Below are positions 1-12,244 of a stretch of 55,483 bases of DNA, in pieces. Source of the DNA: Phoronis australis. Lineage: Eukaryota; Animalia; Phoronida. The translations under genes were made by a program, and so were the position numbers. Location: contig NMRA01000852.1 of the NCBI GenBank assembly GCA_002633005.1, forward strand, positions 1 through 55,483, in the 5' to 3' direction. Position 1 is the stretch's first letter; each line of letters begins with the position of its first letter. The notes under the pieces were generated by a model. It made no database searches. It was given only the letters and a program-made list of their open reading frames with translations, and was not told the origin of the DNA.

Positions 1-567
1 CAACGCACACAGTACATTTGCACCAAGATGTGTCACCACGTCTGTCCTCAGTAGCCGCCTCGTTTCTCTCAACAGCAGCCTGTGCCTGTGCGTACTCTGC
101 CTCGTTATACTCGGGCTCAAGCATGTACCCACCCACTGAATGTCCGTGAAAAAATTCCTCGTCACCACTGCTGTGAACAAGGTCTCCGTCACTCACACTA
201 ATGTCACTGTGATACGGGTCACCGACTCCAGCCATTTTCAGCTGACAACACACTAAACAATCCCTAAATCCAACGTACTTGAGTTCTCTACTAACCAATC
301 TTGCCGCAGAACACTCGCCGATGGAGGTGGTGGCGACAATTGTTGAAAAACAGCACAAGACAAAAGTAGAATATAACATATTCGCACGGTAAAGTCAACG
401 CAAAACCAGGTGGCGGGAACGCTTGCCTCCTAAAACGTCACTTCCGGAGTAGCGGACGAGTAATTAATAAAATTACGAAAAGCTGTAATTAAGTGGAAAA
501 TATGTCTAGGATAACCAACCCACCTTATTTTAGCTCAAAATGACATGGAAAAAGGTTGCCTTCGCCT
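1..567 (-). mobile_element. Kolobok-like DNA transposon end (runs off the window's left edge), apparently in the last intron of nAChR paralogue A
   Basis: Terminus ...GGTTGCCTTCGCCT followed by TTAA (568-571), i.e. TTAA-AGGCGAAGGCAACC on the minus strand, a Kolobok-type RR terminus with TTAA target. It carries an inward-reading P2X7-ballast/KolX-like ORF. Confidence 0.7.
2..235 (-). CDS. N-terminal part of a P2X7 C-terminal ballast/nanor-like Cys-rich protein (Kolobok accessory ORF, KolX-like); truncated by window edge
   Basis: Hand translation from ATG at 235: MAGVGDPYHSDISVSDGDLVHSSGDEEFFHGHSVGGYMLEPEYNEAEYAQAQAAVERNEAATEDRRGDTSWCKCTVCV. No stops; has the acidic leader, YxxEPEY and RxGxTxWCxCxxC motifs. 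Confidence 0.75.
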   Translation of the reverse strand, partial: MAGVGDPYHSDISVSDGDLVHSSGDEEFFHGHSVGGYMLEPEYNEAEYAQAQAAVERNEAATEDRRGDTSWCKCTVCV

Positions 568-975
568 TTAACGGTTGATTCTTTGAAGTTACGGACACAC
601 AATTCTTTTACGTGATTAGTTATTCAGATGGATTGCTCAATATGAAAGTGTCACTAATGGATTTGAATTAACGTTGCTACACCCTACATCTAGTTCCACA
701 ATTGACCTATCGCCAGGATTTTTATTGACGGGTTAACTGACNACCAATCGCAACGCAGCCTTCTTGATACACCTTCGTTTCCGAGCCTCGATTTTACAAA
801 ACAGACAACACATTGTCGGGTAAAACCTATTGTCTGTCAACTTTTTGCAAGGGGGCGGAGCTTAAGATCAGTCAATTCCGTTATTGTAAAAATGCAGCGT
901 TGCCTCCTAGTTAGGACCTACAGGTACACTCGGGCGTACCACATTTAATGAAAGGGACCCTGTTTGGTTTTTCAG

Positions 976-1299
976 GAAAACGGCAAATGTGCCCAACTAA
1001 ATGGAATCCGAAAAGAATCTGAAACACAGGTAGAAGACATCACTAACTGGAATCAGAGCTGGAATGAGAAGAAATCCGGTGACTCTGTTGTGTGCGGCAA
1101 TTCTCCTTTGTGCGTCATTGGCGACCGATTGAAAAGCATCGAAGGCGCAATGTTGGCACGCCATCGAGCGGAGGACGAGCAAAGCGCTTTGGAAGACGAT
1201 TGGCGTAAAGTAGGCATGGTGCTAGATCGACTGTTTTTGATTATGTACTTGATAATCTGCGTGGTCGCAGCTTTGGCGCTTTTGTTAAAACGACCTTGA
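976..1299 (+). CDS. Nicotinic acetylcholine receptor-like subunit, paralogue A, terminal coding exon (end of intracellular loop, MA helix, TM4)
   Basis: Acceptor tttttcag|GAA (phase 0). EDDWRKVGMVLDRLFLIMYLIICVVAALALLLKRP* is the nAChR MA/TM4 signature and is highly similar to exon 49574-49885. Confidence 0.9.
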   Translation, partial: ENGKCAQLNGIRKESETQVEDITNWNQSWNEKKSGDSVVCGNSPLCVIGDRLKSIEGAMLARHRAEDEQSALEDDWRKVGMVLDRLFLIMYLIICVVAALALLLKRP

Positions 1300-1321
1300 G
1301 CGCATGATCGTGCACGCATTC

Positions 1322-1535
1322 ACATGCGCGTACCCAGCCTTTGAATATGGAGGGCTCGAACTTCTAGCGATGTGGACCTTTTGCTGACAAAAAAACGGCA
1401 GGGCTAAAAATGGAGTTTAGTAGATTTCTGTCTCGTTTTCTCGGACTTTTTGTTTTTCTGAGACGGACCTTTTTGTCCACTTCGTCAAATGGGGGCTCGT
1501 TCGAGACCCCCGAGCCCCCTGGGTGAGCGCATGAT
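1322..1535. repeat. Dispersed ~220-bp MITE-like repeat (family also at ~28040-28280, ~36341-36580, ~45300-45546)
   Basis: Shared segments ...GGACCTTTTTG.CC.CTTC..CAAA.GG.GGGCTCGTT...ACCCCC..GAGC...CCCCTGGGTG.GCGCA. Boundaries approximate. Confidence 0.6.
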
Positions 1536-2639
1536 TCATGGGTCCTATTTCCAAAACACAGGTTTAATGGCGATGTTACATGTGTGCACCCACGGGAGGG
1601 GCATGTCGGGGTTACTTTCTTCTTTTTTTTGTCTTCGTTGATTTCTTTATAAGTAAAAGGTACGCATACCGAAAAATTTGAGCCCCCTTGTATTTTAGGC
1701 TGGGTGTGCTCAGGTGTCAATTAGTGACATTGACACGCGTCAAGCGCAATCGCTGATTTTCACTTGCATGGAATAAACGTGGCATTTGTGGCTATGATCA
1801 CCAACTAGGGTTCACTCTGGAACTTTACCTCTGATGAAAGAGGTTGAGCCTGGAACCTGCTGACATTTTGATATGCTTTGTCTACTCAACGGTCTGTGGA
1901 AGTTTAAAGTCGTGATTGAGCGGACTTATGTTTTGATAGATATATTTCGTTATCCACAGACATTAATCACTAAAACATGAAATATATCTTGGCGCCATAT
2001 TTCGTCACCATGATGTACAAGGAAGTTGAATGAAATGAAATTTGTCACTGTGACGTTGGCAAATGCAAGTCAACATTCCAATTCGTTTATTACACCAGGC
2101 AATTTAAGACCTTGGTGTGCTCAGAGTTATGGTTAAAACTTTTTGTTTTTACCAAATTCACGTTTGTTACTGTTCAAGATGACAGACTTGCCTTTTTTCT
2201 ACGTTATCAATAGAATCGTGGCCTGTTTGCAGTACGTCTTACTTGTACAACGGTGTGGTTTTCACTATGAACTACATATTCTTCAACTGAACTTTGTCAG
2301 TCTCTGCGTCCAAAACTTAAGATAAATATCTTGCTATAATTACATGTACAAGTATTTGGCAGTTGAGTCGAAACGTATTAGTGTCAAAACAACGTTTTTG
2401 TTGAATCTTTGTTGGAGTTTGATGTGACGTCACGTTACTGCACCTAACAGCTAATTGTTTATTCATGGAATGTACATGTACTTGTGCACTAGTTAAAATG
2501 TTGAGTAGAGTTTTTAGTCGTAACTCAAGCACAAATATTCTGCATTTTCAGGTAGTTTGATTTTTTTACAATTTTGACACTAATCTACTAAAACGTAATT
2601 TGATGACAGTACATTCATTTTAGTTGAGTTGAAATGTGT

Positions 2640-3871
2640 CCTCCCCGGTGCATCCCCTGGACTTCAAATTCTAAGCTGCAAAGAAAAATATGTATCAAAA
2701 CCGAACAAATTTAACCAGCCGAAAAAGTGCCTCACGTGCGATTTATGCAAATTAGGGCAGCCATTTCCGATTTTTCGTTATTTGACGATATCTCACATTG
2801 TTGTACATGTAATTGAATAAATCAAGTGTCAAAACTGGTATTTTGAGGGTTAAGCATTACGATGAAATTACGTTCTTTATAATCTATTGCATGTGAGTTG
2901 TATGACATGGTTACTTACAATCAAAACTACACTGAAAGTGTACATAAGCCAAAATAAAAACACTAAATGTGCAACTTTCTGTGTTTACATTATCAGCTCC
3001 TTAATAAACCGAATTTCAACAAATATTTTAAATATCTCAATGAAAAAACGCGGGAAATGATTGCAGAACTATGGGCAATCATTAGGCGTTCATATCGCTG
3101 AATACACTGCACATGTTCCATCACTCCATGTCACTTTTATTGCTTTCCATGAAACTTCCCTGCAAGTCGTTATTTACTTCTTTCCGTCTACTTTACGAAC
3201 GTCGGTGAGCAAGAGAATAGTCAGTGAGTTTGGTAAGACAAGACAACACGATCGCACAGGTTGTAACGCTCTTTCATCAGTCCGCATCCACCCTTGTCCT
3301 TCGTCATACATGTAAGGATTTGGCTGTTCAGTTATGGATACACACTGTATCACACAATACTCGCTGGATGTATGGTTTTTGTGCAGATAGGCACGGGAGA
3401 AGTCGAGCAAGGTCAATCTTGGATTTGTATATGAGAATTTTATCTTCACCAACCATTTTGCGCAACATCTTAGCACTAGTAGCATCTAAACGTATCGATG
3501 ACTCACTACTCGGATCGGACATGGGACAGGTGAACTTTTCCAACTCTTTTAAAACTTCGAACTTACATCTAAATCAAAGCCAAGTTGCCTGAATGCACGG
3601 TAAATTTTTGGACTCTTTTCCAGCTTTTTAAGGAGGTCAACCTTCCCTTTACCTTTAAATACACTGGTGCAGTTTTCTCAAGCGTTAAGTCTTAAAACTC
3701 AAGTAGAGGGTGTAAGTACTTTGTATCATGGCTTAGAATTTTGCGGACAGTTGTAAATACTAGGTGACGTTCACACACAGCAGGCCTTTTAAAATTGACA
3801 AACGAGGTCAGTGAAGCAGTTCTTTGTGAGCCCTACTCTTAGTCACACAACTGTCCCAGTTGACTGTGTGA
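2640..3871 (-). mobile_element. Academ (AcademX)-like transposon relic: frameshifted XPG/FEN1-like nuclease C-terminal region plus probable terminal sequence
   Basis: Minus-strand pieces CTSVFKGKGKVDLLKKLEKSPKIYRAFRQLG / VLKELEKFTCPM..KMLRKMVGEDK..SKIDLARLLPCLSAQKPYIQRV / EQPNPY..GQGW..ALQPVRS..VLPNSL (~3150-3680) match the H3TH motif and LPPC..GW..PVW tail recalled for these proteins. Stops and frameshifts present. Confidence 0.6.
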
Positions 3872-4003
3872 ATGGGGCTATTCGGAGAATTCTCCTCGCG
3901 GTGTCGCTGCTGTACTAGTGGTGATTGAATTGCGCATGCGTGGCTGTCTGCATGTAAACAACTGGTAAAAGATGCAATTTTTATCAAAATACGTCGTGAC
4001 GCT

Positions 4004-5030
4004 AAGCCTTATTACTGCTAATTTCCCTGGTGCAAGTCTTCGACAGGGGGCCACAAATTCCCAAAAGACCTAAGGTTACTGTATTCGTGGACAATTGCGG
4101 TCAACAGGGTCAACTCACTGACAATATGCGTGTGGATGCTGAAGCCCCGTGTGTGCTCTATGACTGCAGTTCCATTCGGAGACTACACAACATTACTTGG
4201 TAAGTTTTTATGACAATTGCGGTCAACAGGGTCAACTAACTGACAAAAAGTGTGTGGATGCTGAAGCCCCGTGCGTGCTCTATGACTATGCAGTTCCATT
4301 CGGAGACTACACAACATTACTTGGTAAGTTTTTAGCAATCAGTTTCTATCAACATCGTTCGGTGATGTTATCCCCACCAGTTACCCCACTGAATAACAGT
4401 TTTGTTGAGTGGAACTAAGTGTTTCTTTTTGGAAACTCACCCGATGCCGGGTAGGCTAGCAGCACATATTCATATTGTCGTGGGTGGGAGTGCTCCCAAA
4501 AATAAGAGGTGTATGGTACGTGATGCACAGAAGTCAAGAGTGACTTCTTCACAACAGTTTCTGTTCAAAACTATGCTGTTTCCAATAAAATTCTCTAGAT
4601 GAGTGAGTTTCCTTATTTTATCGTGGACCCCACCCCCAGGACCACCAGCTCAGTTATCGAACTAACATGAATAAGCCTTAATTCAGTAAATGTGGTAACA
4701 TTGCATTGGAAAAAAATTGAAACCTAGAATGAATTTTACTTGTTGAGATCAGAAGCACATTTTTTAAGTGTCATGAAAAATGCACATTGTTAAATTACTT
4801 GTAGCCTGTTTCACATATTTTAATTCAGATATTAAATAAGAGTTGGGTACAAAGGTTAATAGTTTCAACACATGAACATGAAGATGAAATGTCAAGTATG
4901 TTCTGCCTTACAAAAGCAGTTTTGTCTTGTCTTTTCTTTTACAAATTGCTAATATTTCTATTCTGTTACAGGCAAGAAAAAACAACTGAAACCAACCGCC
5001 TGACCATCTATTTCACCGTTGGACAAAGTG
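4004..5030 (+). pseudogene. Decayed two-exon THAP zinc-finger N-terminus of the element's transposase
   Basis: PYYC*FPWCKSSTGGHKFPKDLRLLYSWTIAVNR..W..PRVCS..GDY..|gtaagt, then acceptor ttacag|GC at 4972 giving GKKKQLKPTA*PSI (AVPTIF-box equivalent). In-frame stops. Confidence 0.7.
4091..4333. repeat. Tandem duplication (~122 bp x2) inside the ISL2EU-like element
   Basis: ACAATTGCGGTCAACAGGGTCAACT...ACATTACTTGGTAAGTTTTT occurs at ~4091 and ~4213; only one unit is present in the copy at ~29570. Confidence 0.9.
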
Positions 5031-6078
5031 AAAAGCAATCCTTCAGCAATAACCTGAGAGAATTGAACGTAATTCAGAAATTCAGCACCTGATATGCCTG
5101 ATTATGGACGCCCTCGCAATGTTGTTTCTTTCCGTACTTTTTCAGTTTGCCATTTGTTTTTAAATACACTGATAATTGTTTATTCTTGAATATTGTGCAT
5201 AGAAGATTCTTATCCAGCTAGCTACAATTGAAAACATATAATAAGACAATCGATGCAGTCACTGAATGTCATTTCCCCATAATCTGTACCAAATTGAAAA
5301 GTTTTTACCAATAGTATAAAGCCTTTCTTCTGAAAGGAAAATTTAATGTCACTCAGCTTTTGTCTTTCATTTCACTGGGTTCTAGTTCCAATGGCCTATA
5401 GAAGCGCTTGTAAAAAGGTGCAGTTTCAGCACGTGGCTTTCTTTCATGTAACCTCATTCAGTCTCAATAACATCCACAATTAGACCCTTGAAGGTAAACA
5501 CAGCAGCATATCACTTGAATCGTTTTGAGCCCAAAATCNCTGACCATCTATTTCACCATTGGACAAAGTGAAAAGCAATCCTTCAGCAATAACCTGAGAG
5601 AATTGAACGTAATTCTGAAATTCAGCACCTGATATGCCTGATTATGGACTCCCTCACAATGTTGTTTCTTTCCGTGCTTTTTCAGTTTGCCATTTGTTTT
5701 TATATACACTGATAATTGTTTATTCTTGAATCTTGTGCATAGCAGATTCTTATCCAGCTAGCTACAATTGAAAACATACAATAAGACAATCAATGCAGTC
5801 ACTGAATGTCATTTCCCCATAATCTGTACCAAATTGATAAGTTTTTACCAATAGTATAAAGCCTTTCTTCTGAAAGGAAAATTTAATGTCACTCAGCTTT
5901 TGTCTTTCATTTCACTGGGTTCTAGTTTCAATGGCCTATAGAAGCGCTTGTAAAAAGGTGCAGTTTCAACACGTGGCTTTCTTTCATGTCACCTCATTCA
6001 GCCTCAATAACATCCACAATTAGACCCTTGAAGGTAAACACAGCAGCATATCACTTGAATCGTTTTGAGCCCAAAATC
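5000..6078. repeat. 539-bp direct duplication spanning the single N at 5539 (probable unmerged contig/haplotype overlap)
   Basis: 5000-5538 is repeated at 5540-6078 with scattered substitutions; the junction is exactly the N. Confidence 0.85.
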
Positions 6079-6137
6079 AGACTCTGAACTAGACCAGAGT
6101 GTGACTAGGTCTATTTTAGTTTCAGTCCCTGATGTTT

Positions 6138-6508
6138 CTTCCAGGAAAGGAAATAAGCTATTGTCCACACATGACTCATTGCCTATGAAAGGGCATCCTC
6201 ACCAACAAGGCTTATTTGTGTAGCAGTCAGATATAGTTCGTCTGGTTACACAGACACTCCACTGGCACAATGTTTTTTGGTAACTTAGTACTGCGATTCA
6301 CATTTCTCCAGGGCCACTGACTACTTCCAGGAAAGGAAATAATCTATTGTCCACACATGACTCATTGCCTATGAAAGGGCATCCTCACCAACAAGGCTTG
6401 TTTGTGTAGCAGTCAGATATAGTTCATCTGGATACACAGACACTCCACTGGCAAATTGTCTTATGGTAACTTAGTACTGCGATTCACATTTCTCCAGGGC
6501 CACTGACT
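6138..6508. repeat. Tandem duplication (~187 bp x2)
   Basis: CTTCCAGGAAAGGAAATAA...CTCCAGGGCCACTGACT twice in succession. Confidence 0.9.
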
Positions 6509-7265
6509 TGCATATTGTGCCATGCAGCACTGATGGTGTGTGGAAGTGCTGTGGGAAGAGAACGGAGTAACAAAGCTTGTCTATGATAATGCTTGAAGTG
6601 GCCTTAAAATGTCACTGAACCTGGAACAAATATTGGAATATGAATAATTAAGTACTCCAGATTGGATCAAAAATGATATCACTGTTTTTCAAAAATATAT
6701 GGTGATTGGTCTACAGTTTCACATAAAAGTAAATAATTACTATTTTCAGAAACCAAGGGTGTATATAATGAGTATTGCATAAAAACTGTGTCTTTATTTT
6801 TTATCCCTAGCCATAACAATTCTTTAAATGCATCACTTGTCTGTAAAATATGCAAGTTTTTTGAGACAACTTCAAACCTTTGTTACTCATTTTCAAGCCT
6901 TTTTAATTTTGATACTTTCAGCAATTTTAAACTCAGATTACAGGTTTATGGGTCTGTCAAGCATACTTCTAGCCTAAGGTTGAGGGAACCGTTTTTCTTC
7001 TAATAGAATATATGAAGACTTGGGTCATTCAAAAATGATGGATAATCTTTCTTTCTGTTGTTTAAGAGTAATTACAAATCGTAAGGCACCATCAAAAATG
7101 CAATTTTCACATTTGAATTTATAACGACTTGCAACATTTCAAGGCATGATTTAAGACTATTCAGTCACTGTGAATTGGGAAAATGTAATATATTTTCGTG
7201 GTTTTACAATTGATACAAGTAGCAAAACAGTTTCATGAAATCAACTTAAAGGGACTTCGTGAAGG

Positions 7266-7436
7266 TTAAGAATCACCTCACCATGCTCTTTTCCCCAAAC
7301 ATGTATTACCTGTTATTTCCACACATTCAGTTGTACCAAATATTACAACCATTAAGAATTACCTCACCATGCTCTTTTCCCCAAACATGTATTACCTCTT
7401 ATTTCCACACATTCAGTTGTACCAAATGTTACAACC
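7266..7436. repeat. Tandem duplication (~88 bp x2)
   Basis: TTAAGAAT.ACCTCACCATGCTCTTTTCCCCAAACATGTATTACC...GTTGTACCAAAT.TTACAACC twice. Confidence 0.9.
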
Positions 7437-10400
7437 CCCCATGCCAATCCCCCCTCGGGACCTGAATAAGTAATTTAACAAAATGACTTTAAAAATAGCT
7501 GTTCTTTTTCAAAGGCTTTGTTCGTTGTCTCCAATATTGAAAGTAGGCTTTGACAACAGATCTGCACTGGATGGGATAATCTTGTTGCTAAAAACCAATT
7601 TTTGTCCATTCAGGGACGGTGCAGAAGCGATGCATATCTCCTCTGCACGGTACAAGACTTCAAACCTAAAAACCAAAGGTTACGTGAAAACTGACGTGAC
7701 AGATTTCCATTTCAACGTGAATAGATTTCCAGAAGACAAAATGATAGGGAGTAAACAAATAATCTAATGCAATGGATATTTATCACTCACGTACCCTTTG
7801 CCATTGGGATTGGATTGTAATCTTCATTAACCTGTATCGAGTTGACAGCATAAACATTCAGCATTGATTGATGGAACTGTCACTGATAAACTTTTAGAAA
7901 TCATTCCAAACAATAATAATGCTTTGATGTACGAAAAGATCCCGATTGCTACGTCAAGTATCGTATCACATATCACAACATACAAAGATTAACCAGACTC
8001 TGGCTGGCGACTGACTGCCGCGAAGTCGACATCGGCGAGTGCCTCAGTTAACAGGCATCGGTAGAATAATCATGGAATAATCGTTAAAATAATCACAAAC
8101 CTTACCTTTGTATGAGGTCGTGCTTACTTCCTCTCTTAGAAGCACCCTTTTTACGCAATCTCAGATTCAGTTGGCACGGCTGCAAGCCATTTCACCATGT
8201 ATTTAAAGGGCTTGCGAAATCGAGGCTGTTAATCTATCACCACTAGTACACGCACGCCCTCTGGTTATTGTAGATTTTCCGAATAGCCCCATTGACGCAG
8301 CTTACGGTCCCGGTTAAGAAGATACCTTTTCATTACCCCACGTGGATTATGAATAGCCGATCCCAAAATGTGTTTACCTGAGTCGTGGTAGACGTATTAT
8401 AGCGAGAAAAGGCTACATGTGGATGTTACAGGCTACTTTTTTGCCACACTCTTCTGCAATCTCTCCTAGCTTTCGCTACGCCTCACGTAGCAGTAAACAT
8501 TATTGACACAGCGTCTGCTCATTGACAAGAATATGCGCTTGACCTTTTAGCGCCTAGGTATACGGGTCTCGCACAATGAGATTTAAGGTTTTAAAGCCAG
8601 TTAGGTTTCTTCTGTTGAAGTTTGTCAGGAAAAAGTCACCAAGAAGGTAATGGCTGGCAAAACGTTGTTAGTTATTCTCAAGTAAGCTTCACACAGATTC
8701 ATAGTTTATATCTATATTATGTTTACCTTTAATTAAAAATGGATTGAGCAATAAAAGTGTTTTATTTTCCACAAACTGCTGTTTCAAGCGTTTTCTCGGA
8801 CCGCCTAATAAAGTCTATATTCTCTTCATTACCCCTCTGCAGTTAGGGGAATGTTGACGGGCAAGCACCGAATCCCGAACCACGCTTGTCGTTTGAAATA
8901 AGTCCTACGACCGATTCACTATGTCGCAAGTGCGTTTTCACCAATTTATACCGCATGTAGATTTATCGATTCAGTTAGTGGTTACCGTTCAATTAAAGCA
9001 GAACTGAAGATCTTGAATATAAGTGAGAGCTGATGGCAAACCCACAAGAGGGTCCACGGGAAAGTCTCCGTATTGCCTAATTCGGTAGTACGGGGAGATA
9101 GAGCAACGTTACGTTGGCAATTCCAATGCATATATTTACATACTAATGATATCAGTGCTCATGAATCAAATTAACAAAAACTCATCTCAGGCCGGTCAAC
9201 ATGTAAACATTGCACAAACGACTCGTTATAGAAACATTTGAATACAATAATAACACCTGCATGCATAAACACACACAAACACAAAGCTACGCAAGAATTG
9301 TTTTTCGGAAGTTACGTTTACACACAAGTTATTAGCGCCTAAACTTGCAAAACTGTAGAACAAATACTAAGAAATCAACTTTCACTGCTTTCCGTAGAAT
9401 AACGCAAGATGATTTTAACACCCAAAATGTAATGTTGATAAACTCTAAGCATGTACAGATGTAGCTGCATAGGCTTTCGAAAGCCTTTCTAAGATTGTAG
9501 CTGGGAAGATATCAGAGGTCACGCTGTTACCGGTATCTATCCTGGACCACAGGTTCTCGGTGCTTATAAGGAATAGCCACCTTAATTGCAGCCCAGAATG
9601 TGCACAGATCGATGTCTGCCGGTGTCTGCACACTGGGCGTGGCCCCAGGGGACCTTTACAAGGGGGTCAAAATAAGGTAGATTATATAAGTATACCTGCC
9701 AAAACTGATTTAAAACGAACAATGGTGCTGCACTGAACACCGAATGACCTGTGACAGACAGATTGAACTCTCGGAAGGGGTTGCCAGAAACCCAAAAGGA
9801 CACCACAAAATACACAGCCCAGAGTGTATTTTGTCAGTCGTAGACAATAGCGGAGTTGCAACGCCGCCATATTGGAAATGGGTCAGAATGTTGCATTGTG
9901 GTTAAGCTGGTAAACAAGTACGTCGGCAAGCGTGGGGGCGAACCGGCCACAGGGAGGTTATACGTGTTGTGTGCCTGGCATGCTATAATACCAGTTAGCG
10001 AAATAAAAAAATTAGTTACTACCTGTTTCCCAAGGATCAAGAACTGCGTTAAACATGGGTCAGAGACATCGGTAGAGCTGGTAGCAAAGGCCGACTTCGT
10101 GAATTCTTTCCGACTTCGTAGCATAAAGTGTGCAGCGCTCATTTTGAGGGCGGCAAGAAAACGTATCTTAGAAACTGCCCAACAATATCTCCCTTCAAAG
10201 AAACAGTAACAAATACTCCACGGCGGTTGGTAGTGAAAAAAAAACTTGTTTTCGCTTGACCAGAACCAAGCCAACATGAGCAATTTTGAGGATAATGCCT
10301 CTGCACAATCACCTGTTCTGGGTCGACTCACTTAACGTATGCTCACTATATGCATTACGCGCTAAGATAAAGCGTGCAGATTATTATTATTTACTTTCTA

Positions 10401-12244
10401 CAAAATTGTGGTACATTGCTATCAAAATTCGTTGTTAAATTACGATCATTTTTCATAAAATTTTGTTGAAGTTCCAGGGCGAAATCTTGCCGACAAATGC
10501 GTAGCTGCTGGTCTCGCAATCGTCGATAGGGCTTGAATTCTTAAATAAGAATACAGCTTTGACTCAACAAATTACCTGAAATCCTCCTCAAGTTTTCCAA
10601 ATAGCGTCTCTAAGATTTTTAAGTTCTTGTGAAGTCTGGATTAACTGCAGATTAAGTCCAAATCTACGCTAGATTGTAGCACGCAACCCGAGAAAAATCT
10701 CTGTGGGAACACATGTTGTTGTCACGTGACGTTTGTTTTGAAGTTTGTATGCGTGTGTGTGAGAGTAAGCGTGCGTGTGCTTGTCAGAGTTCATTTGCCA
10801 GAGTAATGTAATGATCTAGGTGTGCATTGTATCCAAAAAAATAAGTCAAGCAGAGCGTGTTTTAATATTTACGGCTTAGCACTTGCTGGCCTCATCTGCT
10901 AAAAACGTTCGAGAATTTTTTCGGTAAGACCGACATGTCACTCATTGAGTCGCCGGGTGAGTGGATGCGTGACCGTAGTGTAACAGCTATTTCCCGGAAG
11001 ATTTGGGGTGTAAGGGTGCGAAGTGGGTCATTTTGACCTTAAAAACACCAATTATGATTAGTTAAATAATTTCTCTTAAAAATAATGCAGAAGCTTTTTA
11101 CGGTATTGGAAACTTTCGGAAATTAGTGCCAATATTTATTTGCCGATGCTATGTTACCCGATTAATCTTCGATGACAGTCGGTACATTATGCAGCGCGCG
11201 CTTCTTGGTCGCGTGCTAACACTGGTCGAGTTTTTTTTTTTAGTCTTCGATTCACGGTTTTCACATGCACAAAGAAGTTTGAGGCCGGAGAAGATCTGTA
11301 CTGGAAAGAAACAATGCAATCCCGCTCTTTGACAAGTACGCTGTGTCTGTTTTCAAAGTCCAGACCCGCGTAGTGGGGCACATCCCTCGCAAGAGCAGCA
11401 AAACTTCTGCGTTCTTTTTGAATCGCGGCGTAAGTTTGAAGTGTATACGGACATAACGGTGAGGCTCGTGGTCCGTTACAAATTCAGGCTGTCGGATCTT
11501 TCAATTGATAAATTGGAGACGTTAGAACTGTAGGTAAGGGCATTTTTCGCATGTAGTTCATGGGCTGGGCGCTTACTTTAGCAAAGTCTGAAAACGCGTT
11601 GGGGCACTTGTTGAGCCATGGGCGCTAATTAGGGCGAATAGCGGCAGAATTACATACAGCAGCGTAGTTTAATGCACACAAATTACACGTCGTGCAAACC
11701 AGTCGGCCATCCCGTTTACCATCAACAATCCCAGTAGCCTTTGCGCACCCTAATTTCCGGACATGCGCAATCGTTAAATCGATTCGGTTGCAACTCCGCT
11801 ATTCAGTAGTCCCAGGGTGTGCAGCTAATCATATGTAATTAGTTTTTTGTGGTACCCCGAACGTGTATGAGCAAGCTCTTTTATGGAGGTCCTCTTTGTT
11901 GGTTTCTGGCGGACACTTACCAGTGACCAATTTGTTATGGTTCTTCAGCACGACACGGTTGTTCGTTTCAAAGTAGTTTTGCTCTGGCATCATTGTTACA
12001 GGGGCAACACCCAGAGAGTAGACACAGATAGATATCCAATCCATTTTTGCACATTCTGCGGTACACACTAAGTGCTGTGGTGGTCAGATTTTGTTACCCC
12101 GTACATTTATGCAAAGTGCTTTGGGTTGCCGGTTAATAACTTCTCTGAATTAAGCAGCTGGAAGCATGGCCCCTTATGCCCCGCCGTAGTTACGCCAGTG
12201 GTGCTGACTCATGCCGGAATTCCCCTTTTCCTAAAGGTCTTTAG

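Larger units (their letters stand above)
3874..8290. mobile_element. ISL2EU-like (PIF/Harbinger-related) non-autonomous DNA transposon, ~4.4 kb
   Basis: TIRs GGGGCTATTCGGAGAAT (3874) / ATTTTCCGAATAGCCCC (ends 8290), subterminal TGTACTAGTGGTGAT / ATCACCACTAGTACA, flanked by AT on both sides (3872-3873, 8291-8292). Decayed THAP exons on + and a SAP-like exon on -. Confidence 0.8.

Noticed and set aside
5000-6078. Biological tandem duplication of 539 bp (likewise 33871-34161)
   Set aside because: Junctions fall exactly on single-N scaffold joins, so unmerged overlap or allelic copies is the simpler explanation.
6540-7000. YqaJ exonuclease remnant on the minus strand of the ISL2EU-like element
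   Set aside because: Only vague resemblance (TNHH..VQ); too degraded to call without a profile search.
4091-7436. CRISPR-like or other prokaryotic repeat array
   Set aside because: Repeats are two-unit tandem duplications without unique spacers in a spliceosomal-intron eukaryotic context; no cas genes.
9445-10331. Cluster of overlapping ORFs up to 165 aa; faint LINE-like phrases (ILETAQQYLPSKK on +, ENLWSRI on -)
   Set aside because: No coherent RT/endonuclease motif or consistent strand; possibly an old LINE relic but not supportable by eye.
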